A stretch of 64,000 nucleotides of DNA from NCBI GenBank assembly GCA_943788175.1, contig CALSPG010000001.1, forward strand, positions 160,001-224,000, in the 5' to 3' direction. Source of the DNA: an uncultured bacterium (GTDB lineage: Bacteria; Fidelibacterota; Marinisomatia; Marinisomatales; UBA1611). Positions 61,157 through 64,000 of the stretch are shown here, piece by piece (position 1 is the stretch's first letter; every line of letters starts with the position of its first letter). The position numbers and the translations under genes are program-made. The notes beneath the pieces are model-generated. The model saw only the letters and a program-made list of their open reading frames with translations. It did not search any database and was not told the origin of the DNA.

Positions 61157-61942
61157 ATGAATTTAAAAACTTCATTTAAACAATTTTATCAAGAAAATGG
61201 ATATGCTATTATTCCTGATGTTATTGATTCAGGCTTAGTGTTAGAAGTTCAAAACCATGTTATGTGGCTACAAAATAAATACCCGGATATTCGCGCAGAA
61301 GCTTTTCATCATGATCTTTTAATTAATGATCCTTTTATTCACAAGCTTTTAGATAATAAAAACATGCTCGATATTATTGAAGGAGTTATAGGTTCAGATA
61401 TAGCTCTTTTTGGCGCCCATTACATTGCAAAAAGACCAAGAGATGGCAAACCAGTTGGTTGGCATCAGGACGGTTCATATTGGCCGTTAGAGCCAATGAA
61501 TGTAGTTTCAATTTGGTTAGCTGGAACAGATTCAAATAAATCAAATGGTTGTATGCGTGTTATTCCCGGAACTCAAAACAAAAAATTAATTAAAGCCTCT
61601 GAAATGATAAAATTAGATACAAACGATTATGTTTTAGATTTGGCCATTTCTAAAAGTGATATTGATAGTCAAAAAGCTGTAGATGTAGAGCTTAATGCAG
61701 GGGACATTTCAATTCATAATCCTTCAATCGTTCATGGCTCAAATGCTAATTTATCTGATAGTTGGAGAATTGGATTAACACTTAGATTTATTCCTACTTC
61801 CACTTATGTAAACAGAGCAAATTGGGAATGCATACTTCTTCGAGGAAGACCTAATAATGCAGTAAAAAATAATTACGTATCGAAGCCTATTTTTCAAGAA
61901 GGTGAGCATATGTATTTTTCTGGATATAAAAACTTTTTATAG
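61157..61942 (+). CDS. PhyH-family Fe(II)/2-oxoglutarate dioxygenase 2
   Basis: WHQDGSYW, NGCMRVIPGT, GDISIH..HGSNAN..WRIG. Confidence 0.9.
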   Translation: MNLKTSFKQFYQENGYAIIPDVIDSGLVLEVQNHVMWLQNKYPDIRAEAFHHDLLINDPFIHKLLDNKNMLDIIEGVIGSDIALFGAHYIAKRPRDGKPVGWHQDGSYWPLEPMNVVSIWLAGTDSNKSNGCMRVIPGTQNKKLIKASEMIKLDTNDYVLDLAISKSDIDSQKAVDVELNAGDISIHNPSIVHGSNANLSDSWRIGLTLRFIPTSTYVNRANWECILLRGRPNNAVKNNYVSKPIFQEGEHMYFSGYKNFL

Positions 61943-61950
61943 GGGATTGC

Positions 61951-62724
61951 TTGATTAGTGAAAATAATAACTTAAAGGATACTGGTTTCACCTTTGTAGA
62001 TGATGTTTTTTTGCAAACGGATATTCTAGAATCAAAAAATTCATTTTGGGATGTAATCAATTCTAAATATGACACTGGAATTGAACCAGAAAATAGATTT
62101 TGGAATGTAGGCGAAGATCCAAAGAAAATAATTAAGATTGATAAACCTCATTTAAGTAGTAACGCATTACACAATCTTATAACCCAAGAAAATTTTGGTA
62201 AAATCCTTGCGAAGATTACTAAAGCAAGAAAAATTCAGGTTTGGCACACGCAGGGAGTATGGAAACCGACAGGAGGTGGATTAAAGGGCAATGCTGGTTG
62301 GCATAGAGACATTCAATACTGGCCTTTTTGGGAGCCCTATGGTATTTTTACTGCTTGGATTGCATTAACTGACGTTTTTTCAAATTCAGGTCCTGTGAGA
62401 TATATTGCAGGTAGCCACCATTGGAATGAAATAAGTGGCGTGGATTTTTTTAATAATGATATAGAGTGTCAGGATAAAATAATTAAACAGAAACATAGTA
62501 ATTATAAAATTGTTAAGGCTCAAATTGCTTCTGGATCTATAGCCATTCATGGATCAAAAACATACCATTCATCCGTAAATAACACTAGTGGGAGTCCTCG
62601 TGTAGGAATGGTCGTACACTTTTCTACAGACCAAGCAAAAAAAATAAATATAACTGATAAGCATTCTGACTATTTAGATATTTTAAATGATCAATCCATT
62701 TGTCCGATTATATATGATTCTTAA
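61951..62724 (+). CDS. PhyH-family Fe(II)/2-oxoglutarate dioxygenase 3
   Basis: WHRDIQYW, GPVRYIAGSH, GSIAIH..YHSSVNN..PRVG. Confidence 0.88.
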   Translation: MISENNNLKDTGFTFVDDVFLQTDILESKNSFWDVINSKYDTGIEPENRFWNVGEDPKKIIKIDKPHLSSNALHNLITQENFGKILAKITKARKIQVWHTQGVWKPTGGGLKGNAGWHRDIQYWPFWEPYGIFTAWIALTDVFSNSGPVRYIAGSHHWNEISGVDFFNNDIECQDKIIKQKHSNYKIVKAQIASGSIAIHGSKTYHSSVNNTSGSPRVGMVVHFSTDQAKKINITDKHSDYLDILNDQSICPIIYDS

Positions 62725-62773
62725 TTTGTTACATTATCTTTTGTTTATTTTTTATCAATTTTGAAAGGTTTTT

Positions 62774-63436
62774 ATGTCTAATAGTACTATCGGCTTAAAT
62801 GACGATTTAAGAAATTATTTATTGAGTGTATCATGTCGTGAAAGTAAAACGTTGAAAGATTTGCGCAAAGAAACATTAATACTCAAAGAAGCTCAAATGC
62901 AAATATCTCCAGAACAAGGCTCTTTTTTAGCGTTCTTGGTAAAAGTTTTAAAAGCAAAAAAGACTTTAGATATTGGTGTTTTCACAGGATATAGTTCACT
63001 GGTTGTTGCAGATGCACTACCTGATGATGGCGTTGTTATTGCCTGCGACACCAGTGAAGAGTGGACAAATATCGCTCGAAAATATTGGAAACTAGCAGGT
63101 GTAAATAATAAAATTCAATTAAAATTAGCTCCAGCTATAGAAACACTCGATAAATTAATTGAAAACGGCTGCAAAGGTACATTTGATTTTTCATTTATAG
63201 ATGCAGATAAAATAAACTATCAAAATTATTTAGAAAGGTCGCTAATATTACTAAAACCAGGTGGAGTTGTTGCAATTGATAATGTATTGTGGGGAGGAAA
63301 AGTGTTAGACAGTCAAGATAATGAACCCGCAACAAGAGCGATTAGAATATTTAATGAAAAGCTTAAGGGCGATGAAAGAGTATTAATTTCAATGGTTCCA
63401 ATTGGAGATGGCTTAACTCTTGCATTCAAAAAATAG
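62774..63436 (+). CDS. SAM-dependent O-methyltransferase (caffeoyl-CoA OMT/COMT class)
   Basis: MQISPEQG, LDIGVFTGYS, FIDADKINY, DNVLWGG, GDGLTL. Confidence 0.9.
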   Translation: MSNSTIGLNDDLRNYLLSVSCRESKTLKDLRKETLILKEAQMQISPEQGSFLAFLVKVLKAKKTLDIGVFTGYSSLVVADALPDDGVVIACDTSEEWTNIARKYWKLAGVNNKIQLKLAPAIETLDKLIENGCKGTFDFSFIDADKINYQNYLERSLILLKPGGVVAIDNVLWGGKVLDSQDNEPATRAIRIFNEKLKGDERVLISMVPIGDGLTLAFKK

Positions 63437-63457
63437 TCTCTGAGTGATTCACAAATA

Positions 63458-64000
63458 ATGAATATATTTTTTAAAAACTTTATAATATTATCTTTAGCTA
63501 TCTTATTGTGGAATTGTGAAAGCAAATTTTCTCAAAATGAATTACATCTTTCGCCTGAAAAGCCAGATGCTTTCCCTGAGCTTACAGAAAGGAATAGGCT
63601 CATAGGAGAATTATCACCTGAAAGAAGTTGTTATGATGTTATTCATTATTTAATAGATATTGATTTTGACATTGATAAAAAATATATAAAAGGTTTTGTT
63701 GAAATTCGTTCTGTTGCAAAGGATGATTTTTCTATTCTTCAGTTTGATTTAGCTAGAAAAATGATGCTAAATAAAGTTGAGTATCAAGATCAGATACTTA
63801 AGACTTCTAGAAAAAAGGATGCAGTATTTGTTGAATTTCCTAATATTAAAGATGGCGAGAACTTTACCTTCCGTATTTATTACGAAGGCAAACCATTAGA
63901 AGCTAAAAATCCACCTTGGGACGGTGGTTTTGTTTGGGAGAAGGATAAAAATGGTAGGCCTTTTGTTTCCGTTGCGTGTGAAGGTGATGGCGCAAGTCTT
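63458..64000 (+). CDS. M1-family metallo-aminopeptidase, N-terminal part (truncated by window edge)
   Basis: Manual translation from ATG 63458 is open to the end: LWNC lipobox-like, RSCYDVIHYLIDIDFD, YYEGKP..AKNPPWDGGFVW..VSVACEGDGAS. The HEXXH motif would lie beyond the window. Confidence 0.78.
   Translation, partial: MNIFFKNFIILSLAILLWNCESKFSQNELHLSPEKPDAFPELTERNRLIGELSPERSCYDVIHYLIDIDFDIDKKYIKGFVEIRSVAKDDFSILQFDLARKMMLNKVEYQDQILKTSRKKDAVFVEFPNIKDGENFTFRIYYEGKPLEAKNPPWDGGFVWEKDKNGRPFVSVACEGDGASL

Noticed and set aside
2612-63525. Short antisense or overlapping ORFs in the track (for example 15151-15489, 34845-35195, 43837-44193, 54133-54450)
   Set aside because: They lie within well-supported genes on another frame or strand and show no recognisable motifs; shadow ORFs.
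1-64000. CRISPR array, IS/transposase, prophage or defence system
   Set aside because: No regularly spaced repeats or recognisable cas, transposase, phage or defence ORFs seen.

Overview
AT-rich bacterial chromosomal window. Gene content suggests an FCB-related marine lineage, most plausibly Marinimicrobia/SAR406; this is inference from a T9SS/FlgD-type C-terminal domain, a large Alu-containing SRP RNA and compact gene packing. 1-36 kb is mostly housekeeping: a partial Calx-beta/PKD surface protein, dld, a FecR-barrel fusion, ffs-dnaX-ybaB-recR-pgsA-pgpA-cinA-thpR-recA-recX, three tRNAs (Leu-CAA, Arg-CCT, Pro-GGG), fadD-gpsA, rimP-nusA-infB-rbfA-truB-ribF-rpsO-pnp, and a rimB/rimK cassette. 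36-64 kb is a ~28 kb SusD-less glycan-utilisation locus. Its enzyme set (GH38 alpha-mannosidase, GH2 beta-mannosidase, Tat-exported glycosylasparaginase, NagB-PIG-L fusion, four SGNH/O-acetylesterases, TonB-dependent receptor, Na+/solute symporter, M1 aminopeptidase) fits N-glycoprotein degradation. It also holds unexplained parts: a transglutaminase-fold lipoprotein (candidate peptide:N-glycanase), three tandem PhyH dioxygenases plus an O-methyltransferase, and a secreted beta-helix protein with Thr-rich insertions. A shared palindromic 32-bp motif lies in both divergent promoter regions, and a TrmB-family regulator sits in the locus. Also seen: an unannotated structured small-RNA candidate near 16.2 kb, and several +1 frameshifts that look like sequencing or assembly indels.
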